From NCBI GenBank assembly GCA_028534125.1, contig CM052825.1, forward strand, positions 310,001-374,000: DNA of 64,000 nt, written 5' to 3'. Below the pieces are notes generated by a model. The model did not search any database. It was given only the letters and a program-made list of their open reading frames with translations, and was not told where the DNA came from. A program made the position numbers and the translations under genes. The stretch is from Lama glama. Its lineage: Eukaryota. This document shows, one piece after another, positions 1 to 12,300 of this stretch. How positions within the stretch are numbered: the stretch's first letter is position 1; each line of letters begins with the position of its first letter.

Positions 1-2102
1 GGGAGGTGGCCTTGGCCCCAGAGAATAACAGACAATTGTCTGTGTTGGTCAGAGCTACCCACTCTCTCAACTTCAAGACCATTAAAACTGAGGCTGTAAA
101 CTCAAGGGTTTGCACGAGTCTGCAGAGCCCGCGGGCGAGGCGAGGGGGCTGGGTGAGGACTGGGGTAAACTGGGAAGCACATCGTACCCTAGGCAGCCAC
201 CTCCCAGGACCAGCCGGCTGAGGCCAGGCCCAGATACGTACAGAGAAAGATCCCGACTTCTATGTGAAATATCCTTAATTCAAATGTTTTCTATTAAAGA
301 AAAAACCTACACCGTGCAGGCCAGTGCAAACCCCACCCCCTTGTCCAGCGGCAGCCTTGGCGGCGTTTGGAGACTGTGAGTAACCTCCTGCTGGAATGTC
401 TTCCAGAAACCACAGGCCAGGTCCTGGTTATCTCCGCAGACTTGCAGGAGGATCTAAGGCTAAGACACAGACCTCAAGGGACCACGTTCTCTCAAAGTCC
501 TGCAAGGAAAGCCCCAGAAAAGTTGAGTCAAGCCCCGGCCGTCACTCCAAGCGTTCTCTTCTGGGGGGCCAGGCGGGAGCCTTTGTACAGGGACCTCTCA
601 AGGTCACAGGCGGGCCGGGAGCTGAGCCTCTCAGGTCTGCAGAGCGGAGGCCTCACTGGCAAGAATCACAATTTCTCCTGTCTGTGCTTTTTTGCTTTCT
701 TTCAAGAAACATTATTGTTGGATGAGTCACCCACCCAAGGACAGGAATGCTGCCCGAGGACCCCTCCGCGCGGTTCCTGCAGGAAGCCCCCGCCCGTGAG
801 GCTCAGGTGCAGGGTCCACCCCTGCCGCGGCCTGCACCGCCCGCCCCTCACTCAGCCACCACCTCCAGGATTCTCCCGTCCAGGCTCAATGCCGGGATGT
901 GACCAAGTTCCCGGTTCCCAAACGCGCACTGTGAAGCTCTGTGCCCGCCCCTGTCAAGACCTTCCCGGGGCCTCGCACACCCCCTCCGGCCCTCGGTCTC
1001 CCCTCCTGCGCTGGTTCTCCAGCCAACTCCAATGCCTTTCAGACCTTTCCCACGAGAAGGGCAGGCGCGGAGCGGGGAGAACTCCAGGTACCCTCTTTGG
1101 GGAGGAGCTCCCGCGGGAGCTCCCCGTCACTGTGGAATCCGCGGTCACAGGGAGGGGCTTCATCTGTTCCTGGACCACGGCTCGGAGGTGGGTGAGAGCC
1201 CCATCTCACTGACATCAGCAGCCTGGGATTTGCTCCTGTTGTTTTAAACCAGGAAAGTGGCTCCATGTCCGGTGACGCTGGCTGAACGTCACCAGGGTTG
1301 GGCCTTTGTCACTTCCTTTCTCCACATCAACCCCAAGGTTGGCCCTGCGCTCTGGATGGCACAGTGACCCTCTTGGCTGCCGTGGCCACAGCCTGAATGG
1401 GCATTTCAGCCGCGGTGGCCACTTGAGCCGCACCAGACTCTGCCCTCCCTCCGAGGGCAAACACGCAGCTGAAGCATGTGCTCTACCAAGCACGCGGCAT
1501 AAATTCTTCCCGCCGAGAGGACCAGGGGAGTGGGAAATGCGCCAAACTCACATACTTTCGGGTCTGTGTAATGGGGAGGGTTCCCACGGCAGGGCGGCCA
1601 CTCATTCATTCCGGGGCTGCCGCAGCTCTGCCTCTGGGGACCACGGCCCAGGCGCAGCCCCGGGGGTGACGCGCCGGCCACGCAGCTGCTCGCCCCCATC
1701 AGTGACAGGCTGAGCGTGGCCGTCACGGATTACGGCCTGGAGCCAGCTGTCGCCGCCGCGGTGGGGGCTGGAGGTCGGGAACAGTGACTCATGCATGTCC
1801 AGGTGGAAGAACCTGGCACTGATCTGTAAACGTTTAATTCGAGACCATCGCAGATTTGCATGCAGTTGTAAGAAACAGCACAGAGAGATCCCATGTGCCC
1901 TAGATTCACGCGTCCCTCCCAGTGAGGGCGCCTGCAAAGCTGCAAAGAGCTGAGCACGCCTCCCACCGGGTTAGAACTCAGGACGCCCCCCTACCCCGTA
2001 TCCGGCCCCGCCTCCACCTGCACACCCTGGAGCAGTCTGTGACGTCTGCACGTGTGTGGGCTGAGGGCCGGGCCGACACCACTTCCAGGAGGAGATCCTT
2101 CA

Positions 2103-2552
<450 letters not shown>

Positions 2553-4329
2553 TCACAGCGCGTGCCGCGCCCTCAGCCGGGATGCAGAACCCAGAGCGGA
2601 CCTCACCCACGTCCCTGACTCGACGTGAGTTACAGGCACCAGGCGCTGCGCTGCGTCAGCTCAGCACAAGATGCTTCTGCTGTCTTCAGAAGAGCAGAGC
2701 TGCCTGTATGTCACGACCACGAAGCACGAGGTCTGCCAAGGGGTGAAGTAACCCAGAGGCCGAGCGACTCCTGTCCCAGGTCCGCGAGCACGGCACTGCA
2801 CTCACGTTGTGACCCTGAGCCACCCACCACCTTCCACTGCTTTAGGTCAGAATGCTTACTTCCAACGGCTAGTTTAAGGCCTGCGAGTTCTCGCCCTACC
2901 CTCTCTCAGGCTTCCCCTCCCCGGGGCGTCCACTCCTGCTTTTATAAGAAATTACCAACCAACTGATTAGCTGTTTCTTTTTGACCAAAGAAACTTTTCT
3001 GTCCTATACTCATCAGATGCCCTTATGTGGGTCAGCTGCTAAAAATACAAAGCAAAGCACTATTTTAGATCCAGGTTGGGAGGGGACTTCTCTGCTTGAA
3101 AACTCCTGCCAGAGCCATGCATTGAAAAGACATGTTTTGCACCCCAGGGCCGGGGCGGCTGCTGAGAGGGGAGCCCCTGCCAGCAGCTGGTCCACAGCTT
3201 CCTGAAGAGGGGCCGCCAGGGACAGGAGCTGCCCTGTGAGCCGGACCCCAGGAGGCTGGCATGGCCCCCTCGTGACAGCGAGGCAGGTGGCCTCAGAGGG
3301 GATGACGGTCTGCGTAGGGAGGAGTCAGGCTGCACACGTGTGGCTGCTGGCTGGTCCCTCCCAGGGCAAGGGCCGGCATCCGCTGTTACGACGTCGGGGC
3401 CAGGAGGTTTGTGTCCTTGCTGGGATCTGCGGGGTTTCCTGCCACACTCGAAACCTGGGACATTCCAGGGCCAAGAGTCACAGCTTCCTCCCCAGCCATG
3501 TGAATTGGGAGAGAACTGTCAGACGGCGCATGGGCCCCAATTTCTCAGGGGTCTTAAGCCACACCAAGCAGGGGCCTTTGGGGCATTTTTACTGCGATCA
3601 GAGCCCATCCCTGGCTCCGGGTGCGGGCAGTCAGCCCTGCGAGGAAAAGCAGCCGGCCGGCCGGGGGGCCCGCTCCCAACGCTGTCCTTCCCGAGGGTCC
3701 TCCGCCTGCCGGGGAAGTGGTGGGAACCGTGCAGAAGGAACGTAGGGCACATCCCAAAGTTGCTCCCGGTCATCCGGCCGAGGAGTCCAGGGAGGACGCG
3801 GACCTTTGGGTCCTGCCTCACGGCTGTGACCCTCCTCCAGGGAGACCCGCTCTCCTGCCTGGAGGCCCACGGTCTGCTTTTTCTTTTGGAAGTTGGGTCG
3901 GGCCAGCCCCCTGCACTGCCTCCACTGCCTCCCCGGGCAGGAGGTGCCGGGCAGCCGTCCTGCCCAGGACCGCGCCCTGCTTCCCTTCCAGGCCCCTCAC
4001 AGTGCCCCTCCACGTCACTGACTCCACACAGTCATGTCCAGTGTTTTTGTAATTTGGGGAAAGGATAATCAGAAAAGTAGAATCAACACCATAGCCGACA
4101 TCTGTCCTGAACAAACTGCAGGAGCACGCCGTCACGCCTGCTCAGAGCCACTCTTTAGAGACAGAACTCCTGCTAAGGTCGAGGCCCCTTCCTGTCGGCC
4201 TATTTCTCTCCCTCCCCACAGGCTCCGACCATAAAGGGTTCGGTGGAATTTTTTTTTATTATTATCCTAAAGGCTCTGGCAGGCTTCCTCTCCGCGGGTG
4301 GTCTCCCGCGATCACTGTGACGTGGCTTC

Positions 4330-4545
4330 GTAAACACACCGCGGCGCTGCCAGCGCTGTGCAGAGACGCTTTCCGTTTGTGCCGATTTCTGTTTGGAGAC
4401 CTTGTCCTGCGCTTTATCGGAGTATAAACCTGCGCCACGCAAACATCCCTTCCTGTGACGACAGACTTCAGGCTGTTCCCACTGTCTTGTTATTGCAGAA
4501 ATCGCTGAGATGAGCGTCCACGCCGTGTCTCTACAGCGTTTCCTT
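4330..4545 (-). mobile_element. Very old L1 (L1ME-like) 3' fragment
   Basis: cttcaggctgttcccactgtcttgttattgcagaaatcgctgagatgagcgtcc resembles the antisense L1 motif tttaggttgtttccaattttttgctattacaaataatgctgcgatgaacatcc (recalled). Confidence 0.45.
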
Positions 4546-5614
4546 CACAGGCAAAGATGCAGAGTCTGGAGCGTCTGCTGCGCTGGTCCTACCCCTGCGA
4601 TCCCCGATTTACCCCCCAAGGTTGCCAGCAGCCTTGTTTTGGTCCTGATCTGCCTTCCTGGCTCCTCCAGCGTCCGTTTGACTTCCTCCGTACCCGCTCT
4701 GCGGCCTCCGCGCTCCTGTCTCAGGAGCCGTGCTCTTACTTTCTCTGCTGGGATTTCATCCTGGCTGGCCTGCCCGGCCGCCCTGGCGGGCCCCTCCACC
4801 TGCTCAGGCAGATGGGAGGGCCCCTCCCCTCTGAGCTGCAGTTTGAGGGGCCAGCGGAGAGCCGCTCCCGTGTCCCACCACCCAGGCTGCAGAGGTGGAC
4901 AGGGAGAGCTCAGCTGGGAAGCGGCTGCTCTGTGCCGGGCAGCAGCCAGGGTCCCCCAGGCTCCCCGATGTGGGCAGGGGTCCAGTCCCGCGCCTTCATC
5001 CGCGAGCGCTGTCAGCCCCCGGCCGTGGATACCCTCGCCCCCCCGAGCTGCACCTGCTTCCTCTGCCTCCCTCCTCAGAGGTTCCTGGGAAAGGAGCATG
5101 GGCTCCCTCGCCAGCTGCACCCAGAAGTCCGGCCGGGGGCCGCTGCCGGGGAGCTCCTGCTGGACGGTCATTTCTCGCAGTTCCCAGAGCCTCAGCGCGT
5201 CACTGCCACTCACTTCCCGAAGCGGGTCTCCTCCTGTGGTGCGCAGCTGCCAGACTCACACAATCACACACATGGTCACAGCCCAGCTGATTAAAATTAA
5301 ATAAAACGAAAATCCGCCCGTGCTCGGCACAGACATAGAGCCTCTCCATCATTCCAGCAGCTCTGAGGCCAGGCTGGTCCCAAGCAGCACGAAGCCGCCG
5401 CGAGCGTCACAGCAACTTCAAAACACTGAAAACGTCTGTTGGAGAGAACCTTGTTGAGCTCCGGAAAGTCAGTGGAAACGCAGCCCCCAGGATGTGACGG
5501 GGGGACCCGGGGACCCACACGGAGAAGAACCCAAACAGGTCTGGGAAGACGCAGCACAGGCGGGCCCACGCACGAGCCCAGCCGACCCCTGAGGTGGAGA
5601 GATGGGCTCTGACG

Positions 5615-5770
5615 GCGGACACACGGACACACCAAGCACAGCGGACAGACGGACGGGGGGCAGACAAACAGCACGCACACACGTGTTCACGCGTGTATCG
5701 TGTGGGAGCACACTGCGCACGCGTGAGCCTGCGCGTGCGTGTGCGTGTGTGCCCCAAACGCGTGCAGCAC
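5615..5770. repeat. Low-complexity CA/CG/TG alternating tract
   Basis: gcacgcacacacgtgttcacgcgtgt...gcgcacgcgtgagcctgcgcgtgcgtgtgcgtgtgtgc seen directly. Confidence 0.75.
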
Positions 5771-5835
5771 CGAGAACTCTGACCCTCCAGCCGCACAGGG
5801 AAGGGGCCGGTGGGGGCGGCGGGGCGGGCACGCAC

Positions 5836-5896
5836 CCAGGATGGAGACCTTGCTGAGGAATTCCTCGTACATCCTGCGCTTCCTCAGTGTGCTGCC
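5836..5896 (-). CDS. PRKAR1B: PRKAR1B exon 8 (61 nt), B/C helix
   Basis: Acceptor ctctctcccaaacag|GGC, donor G|gtgcgt. Translates GSTLRKRRMYEEFLSKVSIL+G; phase 0/1. Confidence 0.97.
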
Positions 5897-7018
5897 CTGT
5901 TTGGGAGAGAGGGAAACACAGAGAAGGTTCAGAATCTCTTCCTGCCCGAGCCGTTCCCACACCCCCAACTTTCCCCAAATGACTCCGAGCTCCTAAAATG
6001 AGACCCTCGGAACATTCCAGGTCCTGGAAGTCTCTCAGATGAGCGAGGGTCTGGGCAGGCTGCCGCCCCATCAATGTCCAGACCCCACCCCTCCTCCCTC
6101 CAGGGGCTCCATCCTTCCTAACTCCCTGGCCAGCAACAGCACACCTCATCCAGCTGGGGCCAGGGATTGGTCCACAGGTGAGCACTCAACCAATCAGAAC
6201 CCTGCCCTGGGCTTCCAAGTGCTGAAGAGGGTGGTCAGGTGCGGTGGTGAGACTGGGGTGTCCCTCGGTCCCCCCATTGCACCCCACACATCTGGAGAGA
6301 CACTGGTGCTGACAGCAGAACACAGCATGCGCCAAGAGGAGGGCAGCCTAGAGCTGGTGCCCGTGAGAACTGCCAACTAATTACTTCTTTTTCCCAATCA
6401 AATGCTCGCTGAGTAACACAAGCCAGTGACCAGACCCATGTTGGCTTTCACGTGAATTAGAAATTAGAATCAGAAATGCGGATTTGAAAACAGCACCCCT
6501 GCATCAAGCACACGTCCCAGCAAGCACCACCTCCAGGTGGCCAGTCCCCGTCTGAAAGGTACAAAGCTGTCTGGACTTCAGCCGCTCACCCCTCTGCCCA
6601 GCCTCTTTGCACAGTGTACGAACCGCACAACGGAACACGGCAGCCCCGCCGATGAGAACTATTAAGCACAGCATGATCAGAAAACAGAAACGTTTGGTGA
6701 AATTCAAACAGTCTCATCATTGAAGGGGCCACCAGTTCATCAGAGACGTGAGCAGGATGGAGCCAAATCTACCAGTGGCGAGGTTTCCCCAGGACCCTAG
6801 ACCAGTCACCCTGGCAGGCAGAGGAGGGGAGGGACAATGAAAACACAGGTCAGGGAGGGGCTGCATCTCTTAGACACCCTCCCAGCGACCAGAGCCCAGT
6901 CTGGGAACCCAGGGATGGGGGCAGGGGGCGGACAGGGTTAGGGAGCTGCTCCAAGGGGCCGGCACCTGGAGTCCAGCGGCCGGGTCTGGGGGAAGACAGC
7001 CCCTAGCCTGCAAGTCCC

Positions 7019-7175
7019 GCGGGAAGAGCGAGCAAGGAGGAGGAAGCGGGGGGACGCTGAGAACCAGGACAGGGAGGGGCCACACACAGCTGGACGGTCG
7101 AAGCCCCGAGGCCGTGGTGCGTTTCCCCAAGCTCAGCCCGCACCCAGGGCTAGGGACCTCGTCCAGACCCACGGA
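7019..7175 (+). repeat. Left arm of intronic inverted repeat
   Basis: 7057-7150 is the reverse complement of 8322-8415 with 5 mismatches in 94 bp; 7155-7175 matches 8275-8295 with 1 mismatch. Confidence 0.93.
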
Positions 7176-7189
7176 GGGGGCCAGGGGAG

Positions 7190-7400
7190 GAGGCCTGAAC
7201 CTGGAAGGGATTCAGAAGCCCTGCATTCAAACCCCACCCCTCACTTGGTATCCACACGCCTGAGACAGCACCCTCCTCTCCGAGCCCCAGTTTCCTTGTA
7301 TGGATGATGGAGTATCTTAATCCCTGCCCCCACAGGATCCCGGGAAGCTAAGGTGAGCAAACATCAGTGAGGTGGCGTGGGGAGGGGCCCCAGGCCTCAG
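7190..7400 (+). mobile_element. MIR SINE, degenerate
   Basis: ctctccgagccccagtttccttgtatgga resembles the MIR core ctctctgagcctcagtttcctcatctgtaaa; B-box-like gcattcaaaccc upstream. Confidence 0.6.
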
Positions 7401-8274
7401 CACCCCTAGCAACTCCGAGTGACTCAGGGCAAGCCCAGCGCTCAAAAGGCTGAAAGTCCCAAGTTTAGAATCTGGGAGGTGCCCTGCCACCCCCACAGGA
7501 GCCCAGAGACACCCAGGCCCCCTCCATCCGACAGAGAGCCCCCACAGGGCTGGACCGTGCTCTAGTGGGTCCGAGACCACCTTGTAACTGGCCCAGGATG
7601 GTGCAGACGGGGTTCTGCACGACCGGCTGGTGGCAGGGAGCGGGCAGTGTCCAGGGATCAGGGCAGAACCCAAGGCTCTTTCCGGCGCTGAATGTCCGCC
7701 ACGGGGCAGGTGTGGATGCCCATGGGGGCAGCGTGCTCAGCTCAGCTCGGCGCCCCGGCTGTCTCAGATCCCCGCCGGCCACAAGAAAGGCATTTCTTTT
7801 GCGAGATAATTTATATTCCCACTGACCTGCCAGCAGCTTCGCCCCCCCCCGGTGGAATGCAGGCATGTTTGCCCGGGAACCTTAGACTTTAAAGCTCCCC
7901 ACAACTGGCCCATCCATCTCCCGCCGGAGGATGACAGCTGAGGGCGGCCGCCCGGGACCCTCGGGCCAGGAGACTCGCCTCAACGGCTGACCGAGACGCC
8001 TCCCCTTCAGAGCGTCCCTTCGGGGATGAGACGGCCGGCGAGGCTGTGCTGGGAGCCTCCACGGGTTCACGCACCGTGCAGGTGTCCATGGGACTGGCCC
8101 TTCACCTTGGGGGCCACGAGGACCCACACTTGGGGGGCCCTGCAGCATGTCTGCCGGCAACCCCGAGGTGGGCTTTATGCCTGGAGGGGCTGTCACAAGG
8201 ACGCAGCCTGCCCAAGGCCACCACGCGTGAAGGGCCAGCAGGGCCTGGAATCTGCCTCCTGATGAACGCTCCCA

Positions 8275-8472
8275 TCCGTGGGTCTGGATGAGGTCTGAGT
8301 CATGTGTGTAGTGGGTCACTGGCCCTGGGTGCAGGCTGAGCTTGGGGAAACACACCACGGCCTTGGGGCTCCGACCATCCAGCTGTGTGTGGCCCCTCCC
8401 TGTCCTGGTTCTCAGTGCCCCCCCTCCCCGCCGCCCTGTTCCTCCTCCTCCTCCTCCTCCTCGCACTTCCCG
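8275..8472 (-). repeat. Right arm of intronic inverted repeat
   Basis: Reverse complement of 7019-7175, with an extra ~22 bp block and a longer (CCT)n tract. Confidence 0.93.
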
Positions 8473-11400
8473 TGTCTGCCTGAGGTCAGGGGAGCTGAGG
8501 GGTGGGGTCTGGTCCTGTCTCCCTCCGCCCCGTCTCCCTGGCACATGTACCCTTGGTTTCCACATCTCTGTGATGGGGTCCCTCTGGACTGACTTTGAGA
8601 AGCAGGGACTGCAGAGAAAGGCTGTCTATGTAACCCCCCAGCACAGCCTACACCGCACAGCTTCCCTTCCACCAGGCCCCTCCCCTCCCCCGCAGGGAGA
8701 GCACAGCGGGTGCCCCACCCCGATCTGGACTGATGGATGGATGGAGCAGGGACGGGGCAGACTGCACTTCAGACCAGGACCTCGCCGCAGGGCTGCCATC
8801 ACCCCAGCCCCACCCAACTGCCCCCTTACGGCTGGAGACAGCCCCTACCCAGCCCGTCTGCTGGCACACGGTGCCAAGCATCCTGCTGTCTCAGAGGAAG
8901 CATTTTGTCCTGGAACCTAAAATGTCTGGAAAGTCCAGACACCCCATCCCACCTGCATGGCCTGAACCGGCCCCGAGGAAGGGCTGGGGACCGGGGTCCC
9001 GGCGGACAGCAGGACTCCAGCCAAAGCACGCACACCCCAGGACGGCACCAGCTCTGGCTCCTGGAAGCTTCCTGAGTCCTGATTACAGAGGGCTCACAGG
9101 GGGTCCACGGGGCCACCCAGGGTGGCAGCTCCAGGAAGGGTGGGAGCCCACAGCCTGAGGAGGAGTCTCCGTCAGGGGAAGAGACCCTCCTTCCTGATGG
9201 GGTGTCCCAAGCACCCTTTCCCCCTACAAGTTAAATCCCACCAGCTCTGCAGCCACGAAACGAAGACCCCCGCCACCACCCCAAAGGCATCCCTGTGCGC
9301 CCGGGCAGAGGCCGGGGCAAAGGCAAGAAGAGGGTCGCACTTAACAGATGGGAGCCAGGGGCCCAGGCGCGTGGTTGGGGTCTCAGTGCTGCGGCTCAGG
9401 ACCCGGTTCTCGGGCTCCCCCAGGAAAGTGGGGTTCTGGAGACCCCAGCCCAACCTCTACAGTACGGTTCCACACTCACTGGTCCCCATTCGAGGTCTCA
9501 CATCAGACTCGGGGGAACAAGAGTCCTGAAGCTTAAAAGACAGAAGTTTGGGGGGCACTGGCCCTGCCTGGGGGACCTGAGGGGGCCGAACTCTGGGCTT
9601 GCTCAGAGGCTGGCCAGTGGCCTGGCCTCGCCGCACTCTGCCCCTCGGGACCACACGGAGCAGTGGAGAAGGGACAGGTGTTGTACGGAGCCTCCAGGAT
9701 CAGACATCCTGGGAGTCAGAGGTGGTCCCCTCCCTGGGGACACCAGCGGCGCCCCCATCCCGGGTCTTCCACGAACGTCCCAGCTCAGGGCCACTCACTG
9801 CGCGACAGTGCATCCGAACCCACCCAAGCCCAGGACTGATGCAAAACCGGACACAGTCCGCAGACACTCCCTTCCGAGTGGGCCGCACTGTCATTTTCTC
9901 CCCGAGACACGGGGCTCTATTCTTAGCACGCGGGGATCCAGAATTAAACACAGGAAGTGCCAGCTGCCTCGGTGGTTTGGGAACTTCCCTGAATATGAGG
10001 TTCCAGCCACAGAAGTCCCGCCGCCCAGAAGGACTTGGTGTGGACAGCGGTGGAGAAACAACGGCTTATGCACCCAGGACCAGGTGCGTCCAGAGGAGGT
10101 GGGAACCGACGGGGGTGCCTGGGGTCCCTCCTCGCCCCAGACAGCCGTCTCTCTCCCAGAGAAAACAGGCCGCATTCCACCAGAACTCGCAGGGCAGGGC
10201 CCCAGTGCACCATGGCACAAGGACTTGTCTGCTCACACGGGCGCCCAGGGATGCCCGCTGAGTGCATGGACGAGGACCCTCAAGAAACAGGCGCCCCCAA
10301 GACTGAACCGACCCCTCCCGGCACTGCAGAGGGCCCAGACAGCCCCACCGTTCCCCTTCAGGCGGGCCCCGGGGCAGGCCCCACCTTCCAGGCTCAGCTG
10401 GGCTGGGCTCACAGGGCCTTTCCTAGACCATCCCCGAGCTTCCCGCAGGCCTCCCGGAGCATCCCAAACCGCAGCCCCCTCCCTGGAAACTGCACCGCCC
10501 AGGCCGACCCTCTGGAGACAGCCAAGCCCCCGAGGGCACATGGCAGCAGCACTGCCATCCAGCTCTGGATCTCCCAGCAACGTGTCCACCTCGGTCACCC
10601 CTCTCCAGGCTGTCGGGACTCCTCGGACCCCAGCCCCACAGGAGCTGGCTCTGAGCAAACACCATCGCCAGACCCTGGGGCTGCCCTCAGCAACAAGCCC
10701 ATTGGACACGGGTTCTCCAGGACGATCCCTGACCGTCTCAGAAAAGCACCTGGCCCGGCGGTCACCACTGGGCAGGCATGGACACCCAAGAAAGGTGACT
10801 TCCCCGAGGATACAGCACTCAGCTACCGGGGTCCTGCCCTGTCCTGGGGAAGGCACTGTAGACCTGGGGCCACAAGGGAACCCGCCCAGACCCGTGTGGC
10901 CAGTCCAGAGCCTCCCTACATCCAACATTCTCTACCCCCACCCAGTCGGCCCCTAAGCCGGCCCAGACGTCACTGGGTCCAGGGCAGCCCTGGCCCCCCT
11001 GCTGCCCACTCTCCTGCAGGGGGTCTGGAGCCCTCAGGGTCTGAGTCCAGGCCCGCGGGGCTATGGGACCACAGGATGCAGCCCCCACCTCCCTCCCACC
11101 AGGGGATCCTGTCGTCCACAAGCAGGCCAACCAAGCCCACACCCCAGGGCCTTTGCACCTGCTGTCCTGATCACTCTCCTCCTGGATGGTCCTCCGAGGG
11201 CTCAGCTCCAAGGAGACTTATTGTGGGAGGGGTCTCAAGGAAAGGATCTCAGACCTTCTGTGGAACAGCAGCCCCCCCCTTCACCTCTTCTCTGGGAACT
11301 GTGGCCACAAGGCACATGTTTGCCCCACTGTCTCCTCCACCAACATGTCAGCCCCCTGGCAGGCATGTGTCTGTGGCATTCCCTGATGGGCCCCAGCACC

Positions 11401-11932
11401 ATGAACCAGGCAATGCATGTGCAGGACGAACACTGAGTGGGCATAGGAAGGTCCTGCCTTCTCTGCCTGGGAAGGGCCTTCTCCACACATGAGCTCACCT
11501 CAGGGGCCTCCCATGGGAAGTGGGCCTGCACAGGTGTGCACACCTGCCCCCACCCTGACCTGGCTGCATATAAGGGAAAACTTAAAATGTCCCCACGTAA
11601 GGAAGTCTGGAGGCCAGCAGCCTGCCCAGTGCCATGGACCCACTGTGCCACCAGAGGCCAAGCCCCTCGTGGTTCTTAGTGAATGCAGGTCAGCCTCAAA
11701 GTCACCTCATAGTCCAGAATATCAGCTGGAGCTCCAGCCATCACAACCACATTCCAGACGACTGTAAAGAGAATGGGAAGGAAAACAAGAGGGGCGCCCC
11801 CAGCTGTCTGCTTGCCTTTGGGGAGGCTTTCCAGAACCGCCCCCCCCAACACTCGCCAACCATCTCGTCCCCTGTGTTATCCCCCCCACCTGAACACAAC
11901 CCGCGTTCCCGCAGGATGCTGGGTGGGTGTCA

Positions 11933-12300
<368 letters not shown>

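Noticed and set aside
7019-8472. Inverted repeat as circRNA driver or DNA-transposon terminal repeats
   Set aside because: Both arms are in the same intron and flank no known exon; no TSD or transposase remnant seen between them.
9295-11492. Long plus-strand ORFs (553 aa and 485 aa)
   Set aside because: Non-ATG starts, Pro/Gly/Arg/Ser-rich with no recognisable domain, overlapping ORFs in several frames; expected from stop-codon scarcity at high GC.
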